Virus record (IMG/VR): IMGVR_UViG_2879039326_000005
Source: an uncultured virus (IMG/VR IMGVR_UViG_2879039326_000005)
Lineage: Duplodnaviria > Heunggongvirae > Uroviricota > Caudoviricetes
Strand: one strand, 5' to 3'
Length of the DNA: 64,000 bases
Of this stretch, positions 45,668 to 55,788 are shown piece by piece. The notes under the pieces are model-generated. The model was not told where the DNA came from. It did not search any database and was given only the letters and a program-made list of their open reading frames with translations. Position 1 is the first letter of the stretch. The number at the start of each line of letters is the position of its first letter. The position numbers and the translations under genes were made by a program.

Positions 45668-45898
45668 TTATCGTTTGCCGCCGATATGGCGGGCGTTTTG
45701 GAATTCGTGAATGGTCTGGCAGTCGGCGCAGCGTTCGCAGCCCCGGATCGCTTCGCGGCGCTCCTGCGGGATGGGTTCGGCGCAGTCGATGCAGTAGTGG
45801 GGGCCGGTGCCGCTGATACGGGCGGCGTGGATGCGGGCAGCCAGTTGCTGCTCGCTGATGTCGGCCAGTCGTTCGAGTTCGTCGTCGAGGCGGCTCAT
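45668..45898 (-). CDS. TraR/DksA C4-type zinc-finger protein
   Basis: CIDCAEPIPQERREAIRGCERCADCQ. Confidence 0.88.
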   Translation of the reverse strand: MSRLDDELERLADISEQQLAARIHAARISGTGPHYCIDCAEPIPQERREAIRGCERCADCQTIHEFQNARHIGGKR

Positions 45899-45915
45899 GT
45901 CAGTTTTCTCATGGG

Positions 45916-46119
45916 TCAATCCCATAGCTGGATCAGCGGCTGCTCGGCCTGAGTGGGGGCCGCTGGCATGTTGATGAAGGTGCCGGTAGGGAGGATGGGG
46001 CCGAGCGCGGCCAAACCGGGGTTGAGGTCGAGCACTTGCTCGGTGATGCCTGCGGTGTAGCCGTAGTGCCGAAACAGGATGAGATCGAGGGTGTCGCCCT
46101 GTTGGCTGCGCAGTTGCAT
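45916..46119 (-). CDS. Tail protein gpX
   Basis: QGDTLD...RHYG...NPGLA...QLWD. Confidence 0.93.
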   Translation of the reverse strand: MQLRSQQGDTLDLILFRHYGYTAGITEQVLDLNPGLAALGPILPTGTFINMPAAPTQAEQPLIQLWD

Positions 46120-46595
46120 CAGATCAGTTCCACTGTGTTGTGGGTGGTGCCGATAATGTCGCGGATGGCAAAGCGGGCATCCCGGTAGAGGTCATCCGAG
46201 CTGATCACTTTGGCATCTGCCCCTTTGACGCCGTCACCGGTGGCGCTGTAGTCGGTGTAGCGTTCGAGCAGGTTGGCGCGGGTCATGGCATAGACGGCAC
46301 GGCGGTAGCTGTGCAGGTGTACCGATTCGCCGTTGATGGGCTCGGCGGGTACGTCTGCGAGGGTGGCGCTGCCGTCGCTCTCTCTGGCAGTGCGCCAATC
46401 CGCCAGATCCCGGTTGACGCTGGTGATGGCTTCGATCACTGCATGTTTGAGTCGGGCGGTAGTGACGGTGCCATCAAGCCGGACGGTTTCGCGCAGATCG
46501 CTCAGGGAGATCGCAGGCCAGAAGGGGCTGCTGGTGATGTCGGCCTCTTCTGTTGCTGGCGGGGTCGGGTTGGTGGCTAAAAATCCGGTGCTCAT
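46119..46595 (-). CDS. Head completion gpL
   Basis: FWPAI, RLDGTVT, YRRAVY. Confidence 0.9.
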   Translation of the reverse strand: MSTGFLATNPTPPATEEADITSSPFWPAISLSDLRETVRLDGTVTTARLKHAVIEAITSVNRDLADWRTARESDGSATLADVPAEPINGESVHLHSYRRAVYAMTRANLLERYTDYSATGDGVKGADAKVISSDDLYRDARFAIRDIIGTTHNTVELI

Positions 46596-46705
46596 GGTGC
46601 TCCTGACTTTGAGGTGGTGCCGCTGGTTGGGCGGTGGTCGGGCCGTCTGGTATGCCAGTGGCATTCGTCAGGCCCGAGCCGCCCAGGGTTGCGGGGTTCG
46701 CTCGG

Positions 46706-47479
46706 TTAGCTGGCCTCGCCGTCGGCGGGGTCAGGCTGTTCGGGGGTGCCGTTCTCGGGGGCCTTTTGCTCGGCGTCTTTGGCGGCTTGTTCTGCTGCCT
46801 GTTCTTCCGCTGCTTTGGCTGCCTGTTCGGCGTCTTTCTTGATTTCGCGATCCAGCACTTCCAGCTCTTTCTTGATGCCGACCTTGTCGTGCAGTTCGAG
46901 AGCGCGGCGGTAGTGCTCGGCGGCTTGCTCCTTGAACCCTTCGGCATAGCTGGCGCGGCCCACTGCCTTGTGCAGCTTGGCGCGCACCTGATCGAACATG
47001 TCCGAGCCTTTCAGCAGTTCGATGTAGGCAGAGAGCAGGCCGAGGCTTGGGCCGGTGCCCGCGTCTTGCAGCTTGATGGCGGTCTCGGCCACTTCTTCGG
47101 CGATCAGGGTGGGGGCGGTGCGTTCGTACTGATCGGGGGTGTTCAGGCCATGGCGGATCACGTAGTCGGCCATGTCGAAGGCGCCTTCCAGATCGCCGGT
47201 GTCGAGGTGCCAGAGCATGATGGTGACCATCACATCGTCTTGACCGCCGCGATCGGCGGCCAGCAGGCCAGCAATCCACGGTTTATAGACGGCCAGCATT
47301 GGGCGCTTGGCGGCAATCTTGAGCTCCTGGCTCTGGATGCCCTTGAGGGTGCGGCGGTGCTCGGCCAACTGCATCAGCTGGAGTTCGTAGGCGTTGGCGC
47401 GTACCTGGTCGAATTGGGGAGAGGCCGCCCCTTGCAGGGCGGCCAGTGTGCGAGCGGTGTGCTGTTGCGCAGGGGTCAT
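46706..47479 (-). CDS. Terminase endonuclease subunit gpM
   Basis: LKGIQS, QDDVM, DMFDQVRAKLHKA. Confidence 0.92.
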   Translation of the reverse strand: MTPAQQHTARTLAALQGAASPQFDQVRANAYELQLMQLAEHRRTLKGIQSQELKIAAKRPMLAVYKPWIAGLLAADRGGQDDVMVTIMLWHLDTGDLEGAFDMADYVIRHGLNTPDQYERTAPTLIAEEVAETAIKLQDAGTGPSLGLLSAYIELLKGSDMFDQVRAKLHKAVGRASYAEGFKEQAAEHYRRALELHDKVGIKKELEVLDREIKKDAEQAAKAAEEQAAEQAAKDAEQKAPENGTPEQPDPADGEAS

Positions 47480-47489
47480 CGTCGGTTCC

Positions 47490-48548
47490 TTACGGCGTAA
47501 CCGGCTTAGCGGCCTGAGTGATGTTTTCGGCAATGGCGATGCAGTCGTAATCACCTACCACATAGCCATCGTTGGAGGATTCCCAGTTGACGATGCGGTT
47601 AAGGCTTGGCTGCTCTTCGATGTGGCGGCGGCGCCCGCCCGCCTGGAAGTAGATCGATAGGTTGGCGACCTTGGTCACAATGAGGGTGTTTTCCGGCACG
47701 AAGGGGACGCGGATCGCCTTGAGGCCGCCGATCTGCTTCTGGCTCACCAGTACCTGGCCTGCCAGTTTGTTCACGTTGTCGTGGGTGTTGTTGATGATCG
47801 GGAAGTATTTGTCTGACAGCAGCTTGCGGCCGCAGATCACCACCAAGTCGGTATCGTCTTGATACCATGGCTTGATCTTTTCATTCACCAGATCGAATAC
47901 CAGCGCATCTAAATTGCCGTAGTCGCTCTTGGCCTTCTCTTCGTCGCTTTCGTCCTTGGGCTGGTAGATATAGATCTTGCCTGAGCCTTTTCCCACTTCG
48001 CTCATGATTTGATTGGGGGCATCTTTGCGGGTGTTTTCCAGCCAGCCGATGTTTACGTCTTGCAGCATGGGGTTAGCGTTGCGGTCGGTGTTGGGGGCCG
48101 CACTGGTGCCGTTGAAACCGATCATGATCCGATCCAGCCCCTGACGGGTGATGATGGCATCACGAATGCGGGTCTGGAAGTCGGGGAATTTGGCCCAAGC
48201 ATCGAGCTGGGCATAGCCGATGGTGGTGTCGTAGTCGGTCTTCACCAGCTCGTACATCCGGCTTTGCAGGCTAGAAGGGTCATTTGGCTTGCGGGCAACG
48301 CCGCCACTGGTGTCAGTGCGAGCAGCAATGGTGCTGCCTATGCCGATGCTCACCTTTTCGCCTTTGAGTTCGTCGACAGGCACGATGTTGATCATGCTGA
48401 GGAATTCGACGGACTCCTGCATTTTGGTTTCCAGCTTCTGCTGGATGGTGGGCGCGACGCTGAACGTCAGCATGGCGGATGTGATGGCATTGAGCTTTGC
48501 CAACTGACCTGTGTATTCGTTGAACTTCAGACGGGTTTCGTTACGCAT
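47490..48548 (-). CDS. Major capsid protein gpN
   Basis: MRNETR, LDAWAKF, NPMLQDVNIGWL. Confidence 0.95.
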   Translation of the reverse strand: MRNETRLKFNEYTGQLAKLNAITSAMLTFSVAPTIQQKLETKMQESVEFLSMINIVPVDELKGEKVSIGIGSTIAARTDTSGGVARKPNDPSSLQSRMYELVKTDYDTTIGYAQLDAWAKFPDFQTRIRDAIITRQGLDRIMIGFNGTSAAPNTDRNANPMLQDVNIGWLENTRKDAPNQIMSEVGKGSGKIYIYQPKDESDEEKAKSDYGNLDALVFDLVNEKIKPWYQDDTDLVVICGRKLLSDKYFPIINNTHDNVNKLAGQVLVSQKQIGGLKAIRVPFVPENTLIVTKVANLSIYFQAGGRRRHIEEQPSLNRIVNWESSNDGYVVGDYDCIAIAENITQAAKPVTP

Positions 48549-48560
48549 TGATGATGATCC

Positions 48561-49394
48561 TTAGCAGTCGGTGGAGTCGGTGGTGGTGCTATCGCCACCG
48601 GTGGCGGGCAGGCGCTTGTGGCTGAAATCTTCCTGGCGGCCCAGCGAGGCTTTGAGGTCGGCCAGTGCTTGGTCGGTGCCTGCCAGCTTGCTGGTCAGTT
48701 CGGTGATGGTGCTGGCTTGCTCGGTGAGCTTTTGCTGCAGGGCGGCATCGATGGTGGTGACTTCTTTGGCCACGGCTTCGACGGCTTGGTGAACGTCGGC
48801 GAACTGCTCGGCGTTGGCCTTGTCACGCGGGGTCAGCAGTTCTCTGACGCGGGTAAACAGGCTGGGGCCTTTGTCGCCCTCTTCGGTGAACTCGATTTCG
48901 GTTTCGATGGCGCAGGTAAACAGGTTGGTCGATTTTTGCTTGCGCGCGGCCAGCGGACTGCTGTCGCCAGCACCGGCGCAGAACTGGAGGTATTCGGTAC
49001 CGAGGCTGGCGGGGGTGTTGGTCACGGCCAGCCCAACCAGATAGGCCTCGCCTGTACCGGCAAAGTCCAGATCCAGCTCGATGGAGGTGTAAACCTTCTG
49101 GCGGGCTTTGTTGAGTTTGATCAGGTCTTCGGTCGGGTCGATATCGGCAAACATGGCCATTTTCTTTTCGCCGTCGATCTCTACCTCTTCGGCATAGACG
49201 GAGAGCACGTCGCCATAGGCGCGAAAATCGCTATCAGGGAACGGGCTGAGGTAGTGTTCGAGGTTGACGCGGGCGCCGTACTTTTCGCGGTTGTAGTTTT
49301 TGGCTGCCTGGGTGAGCCATTCCGGCGCGATGGTGCGGCCGTCAGTGGTCTGGCCCGCCACTGCCACGCGCTTGAATTTCGCTTTCTTCGCCAT
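48561..49394 (-). CDS. Capsid scaffolding gpO
   Basis: GQTTDGR, ARVNLEH, YLVGLAVTNTPASLGTE. Confidence 0.94.
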   Translation of the reverse strand: MAKKAKFKRVAVAGQTTDGRTIAPEWLTQAAKNYNREKYGARVNLEHYLSPFPDSDFRAYGDVLSVYAEEVEIDGEKKMAMFADIDPTEDLIKLNKARQKVYTSIELDLDFAGTGEAYLVGLAVTNTPASLGTEYLQFCAGAGDSSPLAARKQKSTNLFTCAIETEIEFTEEGDKGPSLFTRVRELLTPRDKANAEQFADVHQAVEAVAKEVTTIDAALQQKLTEQASTITELTSKLAGTDQALADLKASLGRQEDFSHKRLPATGGDSTTTDSTDC

Positions 49395-49473
49395 GAGCTG
49401 GGATCCCTTTGGTAATTGGGTTGTGATGTCGCGGTTATGGTCTGGGCGAGAGGCGGGATCGTGCAATCGGCGG

Positions 49474-49500
49474 CCAGTGTATCTACGGCGGATACACTGG
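49474..49500. promoter_or_regulatory. Late promoter activator site (divergent pO/pP)
   Basis: CCAGTGTATCTACGGCGGATACACTGG dyad. Confidence 0.85.
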
Positions 49501-49542
49501 CGCGGGCGTCAGGGCGCTTGCGTGGGTCGGTAGACTGGCGCC

Positions 49543-51309
49543 ATGACTACAGCACCCTTACTTTTCCCCCATATCGAACCCAGACGGCAGGCCATGCACC
49601 TGTTCTTTCAGGGCTACCCGCTTCGCGCCATTGCTGAATTGCTGCAAACGCCGGAGGGGACAGTCTCGACCTGGAAGAAGCGCGACGGCTGGGATGACAT
49701 CAAACCGATTGACCGGGTCGACTTCGCGCTTGAGGCGCGGATGTGCCAGCTGATCGCCAAGGATGTGAAGACCGGTGGCGATTTTAAGGAGATTGACCTG
49801 CTGGGCCGCCAGCTGGAGCGGGTCGCCCGGGTCAACAAGTACAGCAACGGCGGCAACGAGGCCGACCTCAACCCTAAGGTGGCGAACCGTAACAAGGGGC
49901 CGAAGAAGGCGCCCGTTCGCAACAATTTTGATGAGGCTCAGCTAGAGAAGCTGGGCGAGCTATTTCATAGCAATATGTTTGGCTATCAGAAGATTTGGTA
50001 TCAGGCTGGTCTGCAACACACTGAGCGCAACCTGCTCAAGAGCCGGCAGATCGGCGCAACGTTCTACTTTGCGCGGGAGGCGTTGATCGATGCGCTGACC
50101 ACTGGCCGCAATCAGATCTTCTTGTCAGCCAGTAAGGCGCAGGCCCATCAGTTTAAGCAGTACATTTTGGCGTTCGCGCTGGAGGTCGGTGTAGAGCTCA
50201 AGGGCGACCCGATCACGCTTGGCAATGGCGCCATTCTCTACTTCCTTGGTACCAACTCCCGTACCGCCCAGAGTTATCACGGCAACCTCTACATCGATGA
50301 GTATTTTTGGATACCCAAGTTTCAGGAGCTCTACAAAGTTTCCAGCGGTATGGCGATGCAGAAGTTTTGGCGGCTGACCTATTTTTCCACGCCATCCAGC
50401 CTGTCGCATGATGCCTACCCGTTCTGGTCTGGCGCGATGTTCAACAAGGGACGCGCGAAGAACGAACAGATTAAGTTCGATGTTGATCATGCTGTTTTGC
50501 AGGGTGGGCAGCTGTGCGGGGATGGCCAGTGGCGGCAGATCGTCACCGTTGAGGATGCGGTGCGCGGCGGCTGTGACTTGTTCGACCTGGATCGGCTGCG
50601 GCGGCGTTATTCTCCCGATGACTATAACCAGCTGCTGATGTGCGAGTTTATGGACGATACGTCCAGCGTGTTCCCGCTCGCCATGCTGCAACGGTGCATG
50701 GTTGACAGCTGGGAGCTGTGGGATGACTACAAGCCCTTTGCGATGCGGCCTATGGGCAACCGGCAGGTGTGGATCGGTTATGACCCGGCCAAGGGCAGCA
50801 ATGGTGATAGCGCCGGTTGTGTGGTGCTGGCGCCGCCTGCGGTGCCCGGTGGCAAGTTTCGGGCGCTTGAGCGCCACCAGTGGAAAGGGATGGACTTTGA
50901 TGCCCAGGCCAAGTCGATACGGGCCATGTGTGACCGTTACAACGTGGCCTATATCGGGATCGATACCACCGGGATCGGGGAGGGGGTTTATCAGCTGGTT
51001 AAACAGTTTTATCCGGCTGCGACGTCCATCCAGTACAACCCGAGCGTGAAAATTCAGATGGTGATGAAGGCGCAGGATGTGATGAACAAGGGGCGGCTGG
51101 AGTTTGACAGCGGCTGGACCGACTTGGCGGCGGCCTTTATGAGCATTCGCCGAGGGGTGACCGCTGGCGGCAAGATGCCGACCTTTGAGGCCAGCCGTTC
51201 GGAAGAGACCAGCCACGCCGATATTGCCTGGGCAACGATGCACGCCCTGTTACATGAGCCGCTGGCAGGTGCCAGCGGGACCAATACCAGTTCTATGGAG
51301 TTTTTCTAA
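49543..51309 (+). CDS. Terminase ATPase subunit gpP
   Basis: LKSRQIGAT, YIDEYFW, HADIAWA. Confidence 0.95.
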   Translation: MTTAPLLFPHIEPRRQAMHLFFQGYPLRAIAELLQTPEGTVSTWKKRDGWDDIKPIDRVDFALEARMCQLIAKDVKTGGDFKEIDLLGRQLERVARVNKYSNGGNEADLNPKVANRNKGPKKAPVRNNFDEAQLEKLGELFHSNMFGYQKIWYQAGLQHTERNLLKSRQIGATFYFAREALIDALTTGRNQIFLSASKAQAHQFKQYILAFALEVGVELKGDPITLGNGAILYFLGTNSRTAQSYHGNLYIDEYFWIPKFQELYKVSSGMAMQKFWRLTYFSTPSSLSHDAYPFWSGAMFNKGRAKNEQIKFDVDHAVLQGGQLCGDGQWRQIVTVEDAVRGGCDLFDLDRLRRRYSPDDYNQLLMCEFMDDTSSVFPLAMLQRCMVDSWELWDDYKPFAMRPMGNRQVWIGYDPAKGSNGDSAGCVVLAPPAVPGGKFRALERHQWKGMDFDAQAKSIRAMCDRYNVAYIGIDTTGIGEGVYQLVKQFYPAATSIQYNPSVKIQMVMKAQDVMNKGRLEFDSGWTDLAAAFMSIRRGVTAGGKMPTFEASRSEETSHADIAWATMHALLHEPLAGASGTNTSSMEFF

Positions 51310-52382
51310 TGAGCAACCGCCGCAATCGTCGCCCCTCTTCAACCCCAACGCCGCCTGTGATGGCAACTCAAAAACCCGGTGGGGCCATGGAGGCCTTCAC
51401 CTTTGGCGAGCCGGTGCCAGTGCTCAGCCAGCGGGAGGTGTTCGACTATCTTGAGGCGATGCACAACGGGCGCTGGTATGAGCCGCCGCTCTCCCTCAAT
51501 GGGTTGGCGCGGGTGTATCGGGCTGGGGTGCATCATGCCTCGGCGATTCAGGTGAAGCGGAATATCTTGCGGTCGTGCTTCATCCCGCATCCCAAGCTGA
51601 GCCTGACGGCGTTCACCGGGCTGGCGCTGGATTTTTTGATCTTCGGCAATGGCTATCTGCAGGCGGTGCAGAACCGGATCGGTGGGGTGCTGCGTTATGA
51701 CCACTTGCGGGCCAAGTACTGCCGGCGCGGGCTGGACCTTGACACCTATTGGTGGATTGCAAAGCCAGGGCAGGAGCAGGAACTGCCAGTCGGGCGGGTC
51801 GGCCATGTGATGGAGTGTGATATCAATCAGGAGATTTACGGCATCCCCGACTATGTTGGCGGGCTGAATTCGACGCTGCTGAACGAGTCGGCCACGCTGT
51901 TTCGCCGCCGCTACTATGAGAACGGCAGCCATGCCGGGTTCATTATGCATATCACCGACGCGGTGCAGAATGAGGGGGATATCACCAAGCTGCGGGAGGC
52001 GTTGCGCCAGAGCAAGGGCCCCGGCAACTTCCGCAATCTGCTGCTCTACACCCCCGGCGGCAACAAGGACGGGGTCAAGCTAATCCCCGTGGCGGAGGTG
52101 GCGGCCAAGGATGACTTTTTGAGTATCAAGAACGTTTCGCGCGACGACCAGCTGGCGACCCATCGGGTACCGCCCCAGCTGATGGGGGTGATGCCCAACA
52201 GCACGGGTGGGTTCGGCAATGTGACGGAGGCCGCCCAGGTGTTCGATGTGAACGAGATAGACAGCCTCAAGGCTGGACTGCTGCAGTTTAACGAGTGGGC
52301 GGGTGAGGAGATCATTCGCTTCAATCCCTACAAGCTGGCCGCCGGTGCCGAGCCTGCTGCCCAGGGTGACCCGCTGCGCTGA
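51309..52382 (+). CDS. Portal protein gpQ
   Basis: WYEPP, QEIYGIPDY, AAKDDF. Confidence 0.95.
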   Translation: MSNRRNRRPSSTPTPPVMATQKPGGAMEAFTFGEPVPVLSQREVFDYLEAMHNGRWYEPPLSLNGLARVYRAGVHHASAIQVKRNILRSCFIPHPKLSLTAFTGLALDFLIFGNGYLQAVQNRIGGVLRYDHLRAKYCRRGLDLDTYWWIAKPGQEQELPVGRVGHVMECDINQEIYGIPDYVGGLNSTLLNESATLFRRRYYENGSHAGFIMHITDAVQNEGDITKLREALRQSKGPGNFRNLLLYTPGGNKDGVKLIPVAEVAAKDDFLSIKNVSRDDQLATHRVPPQLMGVMPNSTGGFGNVTEAAQVFDVNEIDSLKAGLLQFNEWAGEEIIRFNPYKLAAGAEPAAQGDPLR

Positions 52383-52407
52383 GCCAGCCACCCAAGAGAG
52401 ATCAACC

Positions 52408-52435
52408 ACCCCGCCATCAGGCGGGGTTTTCTTTT
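52408..52435 (+). terminator. Intrinsic terminator after Q
   Basis: ACCCCGCC-ATCA-GGCGGGGT followed by TTTCTTTT. Confidence 0.8.
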
Positions 52436-52581
52436 GCCTGTAGCCCACCTCACTAAAGCGCCTGCGCGGCCCGCTGCTGCATCGGTGGCGCTGTGGCAGC
52501 TTGCACCCTCTCAGATCCTTTCACGCGCACCCTGAGCGGCTGGCGCAGCCTGCCGACCCCTGCCAGCACCCAGCGCGCGCA

Positions 52582-52600
52582 ATCGTTACCCCGCCACGCC
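52582..52600 (-). other. cos site (19-nt cohesive end)
   Basis: Minus strand GGCGTGGCGGGGTAACGAT resembles P2/186 cos (GGCG[A/T]GGCGGGGAAAGCA.). Confidence 0.8.
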
Positions 52601-52796
52601 TGCCCGCTTTATGTGTCGATTTCCATGCAGGTGAACGACTGTTGGCGGGTATCTGCTCCCCGCGCCAGCACTGGCCGCGCGTGGCTTTTCAGATCCTTTT
52701 TGCGATCCTTCACTTTCCGTCAGATCCTTTCACTATCCTGCTCGTATAATTGAACAGGGGGCCGAAGCCCCCTTGTTGGTTAAGTTATGCACAGAA

Positions 52797-52982
52797 TCAG
52801 TTAGCAACTATGTGCGTAAGCTGTCGAGTAGGTGGATTCGATAATGACAGGCGGCCCACGATGACAAGGGATCGGATGATGCTTTCGACACGGCCCTGCT
52901 CTTCTTGTGTGCTCTTCTCTGTGATGAGCGAGGCAGTGAACTCGATGTCATCTAAAACGGTATCAACATCTGGCAAAGGCAT
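52797..52982 (-). CDS. Small hypothetical protein
   Basis: 61 aa, GGGAG RBS; downstream hairpin at 52754-52778. Confidence 0.5.
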   Translation of the reverse strand: MPLPDVDTVLDDIEFTASLITEKSTQEEQGRVESIIRSLVIVGRLSLSNPPTRQLTHIVAN

Positions 52983-53196
52983 TCTTAACTCCCGTAGTTT
53001 TGTTTGTTCGGTTATGGCTTATCGCTGCCACTGGCTTGACCAGTTAATTTTACAAGGTGTCGAATTGCATATCTCTGCATGATTCGGCCCCGATTTGCAT
53101 AAATGTGAGTTTTTACCTGTCAGATCCTGCAATTGACAGGGTTATAAACAATAACAACTAGAGCACGGGCGACCCCATCGATACAGGAGCCGCCCC

Positions 53197-53562
53197 ATGA
53201 AACGGAATAGAACTCTCCCCGCTGTGGCTCGGCAGTACCTGCTCGATGCCAAAGCACAGCTTAGATCGACGCTTGAGAGCGCCGGTCTCTCCTATGCCGA
53301 TGCGGCACGGCTGATCAGTGTTCACCCGAGCACGATCGGGCGCTGGCTTGATGACGACGTGCCCGGGTTCATTGACTTGGAGGATGCCATTTTGCTCTGC
53401 ATGCACCTGGGCATCAGTGTGCAACAGATGATCCCGGCGGCCGGATGGGCGGTGGCCAGCCAAGCGGCCCATGATCAGCGCGCTGTTTTCCTTACGATGA
53501 GCGATGCCGAAATCGACTGGTTGCTCGCGGTCTGGTCTGGCGCTATCAAAATCTATCGCTGA
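53197..53562 (+). CDS. XRE-family HTH regulator
   Basis: LSYADAARLISVHPSTIGRWL; AGGAG RBS. Confidence 0.8.
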   Translation: MKRNRTLPAVARQYLLDAKAQLRSTLESAGLSYADAARLISVHPSTIGRWLDDDVPGFIDLEDAILLCMHLGISVQQMIPAAGWAVASQAAHDQRAVFLTMSDAEIDWLLAVWSGAIKIYR

Positions 53563-54063
53563 TATATATTTATTTTCAGGCAAAATAATCCCCTCCAGCA
53601 TGGCTGGATTTTGTTTTTTTAACGTTGTTGCGGCGCATGGTAAATTGCAGCCGAAGAAGTTTGCAACATCATTTTATAACTATTTTTCAGTCTCTAACTT
53701 TCGTTTACCTATAGTGCCAAATCCTTGGCAATCAAAAGTCGTGGTGCGACATCATCATCGCGCTCTCGTTGTCATGATGTCCTTGCTTGACGCTGGCAAT
53801 CACCCTGAAAACCGCGCCGATGCTGGTGTTAGGGTGTTCAGTGTATCTTTTCTCATAAAGTTGTTAGGATGTTTGCAATGATTTCAAGTTGCTTGAAAAT
53901 TAACAGCTTAGCGCTACCTATAAAAGAACGCATTAATATCAAGTTACTATCATTTTAATATTAAAATGCCTACTTTCATTTGCCTATAGATGCACTTTGT
54001 ATATCTAGTGGGTATATATCATATGTCCGTAGCCAGCTCTCTTAATGTCGAACCAAGACAAGT

Positions 54064-54086
54064 AAAAGCCCCCGTGATGGGGGCTT
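54064..54086. terminator. Terminator ending the leftward early operon
   Basis: AAAAGCCCCC-GTGAT-GGGGCTT. Confidence 0.6.
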
Positions 54087-54142
54087 GGTTCATTTCGGCT
54101 TTTGTGTCCGGTCACGCTTTCGTGACCGGACACGTTTTGCGA

Positions 54143-54433
54143 TTACGGCATGGGCACCAGTTGGCAGGTGTTGCGATTCAACCACTGGCGGCGGCCGGTG
54201 CGCAGCTTGCAGACCCACAACCATTCCGGCGCTTTCAGGTGCTCTGGCAGCGGCTCGATGACCTTTTTGACGCCATCAAAGGCCAGCACCTTGTCTGGCT
54301 TCTCCAGCACCTCGGCCACGAATTCGACCCGGGCGAACGTAACATGGCTCCCGTCAATATCCTCGAACGACTCGGCAGGACGGATCACCCGATAGCGCCC
54401 GCCAACGGCGGGCTCGTGTTGTTCCTGTTGCAT
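54143..54433 (-). CDS. Hypothetical protein
   Basis: 96 aa, AGGAGG RBS. Confidence 0.7.
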   Translation of the reverse strand: MQQEQHEPAVGGRYRVIRPAESFEDIDGSHVTFARVEFVAEVLEKPDKVLAFDGVKKVIEPLPEHLKAPEWLWVCKLRTGRRQWLNRNTCQLVPMP

Positions 54434-54442
54434 GTTTCCTCC

Positions 54443-54565
54443 TTACAGCACCAGCGTCTCCAGCTGCTGGCGCTCCCGTTCTGAGAGCGCCACCTCCACC
54501 CGCTTGATGCCGAGGGCCGCCCGTCTGGCTCGCTGGGCCTGTTTTCGTTTGGTGGCGTCATTCAT
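54443..54565 (-). CDS. Small basic protein (40 aa), possibly truncated
   Basis: MNDATKRKQAQRARRAALGIKRVEVALSERE...; ATGA-coupled. Confidence 0.5.
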   Translation of the reverse strand: MNDATKRKQAQRARRAALGIKRVEVALSERERQQLETLVL

Positions 54566-55017
54566 CCGTGAAGATCCTCTTCGGTCATCTGGCCAATGGG
54601 AACGATGGTCGCCAGCTGAAATTCATTACCTGGCTTGGCATACGTCAGCCTCATCGACTTCTCTATCATCTCAATCTCCGAGCGAGACATCTTTTTAACC
54701 AGAAACACCTCATGCTGGTACCGCGAATAGCCGGTGATACACGTTGCCAGATAGGCATTAATCAATTGGCCCTTGTCGTTTTCATCCGTCGGCTTCATCC
54801 CGAACACCACATAGCCCGGCTGTTGGGCGTAGTCGGTGACGAATGTAATTTGGCGCTTGGCGCTGCGGCCGGTGTAGCGTTCGCCGTCCCACTCGTTGAG
54901 GGTGACAGTGTCACCCTCTTGAAAGTTGCGGTCAGAGTTGTCGCGGATCTCGAACGGCTTGGCGCCGTCCAGTACCGGCTGGAAGTAGCGCGGCAGAATT
55001 TTCAGTTCGTGGTTCAT
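54562..55017 (-). CDS. DUF3850/ASCH-domain protein
   Basis: HELKILPRYF...GAKPFEIRDN-DRNFQEGD-V-LNEW. Confidence 0.85.
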   Translation of the reverse strand: MNHELKILPRYFQPVLDGAKPFEIRDNSDRNFQEGDTVTLNEWDGERYTGRSAKRQITFVTDYAQQPGYVVFGMKPTDENDKGQLINAYLATCITGYSRYQHEVFLVKKMSRSEIEMIEKSMRLTYAKPGNEFQLATIVPIGQMTEEDLHG

Positions 55018-55778
55018 GCGGCCTCCCTGCTCAGAGCCAATTTACTTGTAATAAATTTTTCGGCCCTTTCGTAAATCTTCACATCCTTTTCAATACCTAT
55101 TCCCATTCGACCTGTTTCAATGCATGCCTCCATCGTCGAGCCTGATCCCATTGTGTTATCAAGAACCACTTGGCCTGGGCTGGTGTACGTGAGAATCAGT
55201 GGAACCAATAGCTCCAATGGTTTCTGATTTGCGTGGCGGCGCTTGTTGTTCGGAACCGGCGCGCACTTGATTACGCTACGCGGGTGGCGGTCGGTGTTAC
55301 CACCACCAGACTGGAGCTTTTCGGCACCGCCGTAACACAGGCCGCTATGTCTGGTGTAGTAGGCGTTTACCGGCTTGTGGCCATCTGTTTTTTGCGGGTG
55401 ACACTCTGGCTGGCGCTGGTAAAACACACAGATGTACTCGTGGGCCTGCAGTGGCATCCGACTTGCGTTCAAGTGTCCGGTTGCCCTGGTTTTCTCCCAG
55501 ATCCAGTCGTATCGGTACATAGCCAAGTTGCTTGCGGCCAGAACTTTGTCAAATGGTGGCTTCGCAAACAGCACGATAGCTCCGTCTGGCTTTACCACTC
55601 TCCGATATTCTCGCCATAACTCCACTGGGTCGATCACCTTGTCCCAAGATTGGCGAGTAGTTCCAAACGGCAGGTCAGCCAATACCATATCCACGCTACC
55701 GTTCTGCAATGTAGGCATGATCTCTAGGCAGTCCCCTAGCATTAACCTTGGTTCCATAATTAACCTTCCATCTTTCAT
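55014..55778 (-). CDS. DNA N4/N6 methyltransferase (beta class)
   Basis: DLPFG motif IV variant, HANQKP, VLDNTMGSGST motif I. Confidence 0.88.
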   Translation of the reverse strand: MKDGRLIMEPRLMLGDCLEIMPTLQNGSVDMVLADLPFGTTRQSWDKVIDPVELWREYRRVVKPDGAIVLFAKPPFDKVLAASNLAMYRYDWIWEKTRATGHLNASRMPLQAHEYICVFYQRQPECHPQKTDGHKPVNAYYTRHSGLCYGGAEKLQSGGGNTDRHPRSVIKCAPVPNNKRRHANQKPLELLVPLILTYTSPGQVVLDNTMGSGSTMEACIETGRMGIGIEKDVKIYERAEKFITSKLALSREAA

Positions 55779-55788
55779 GAACTGCCCC

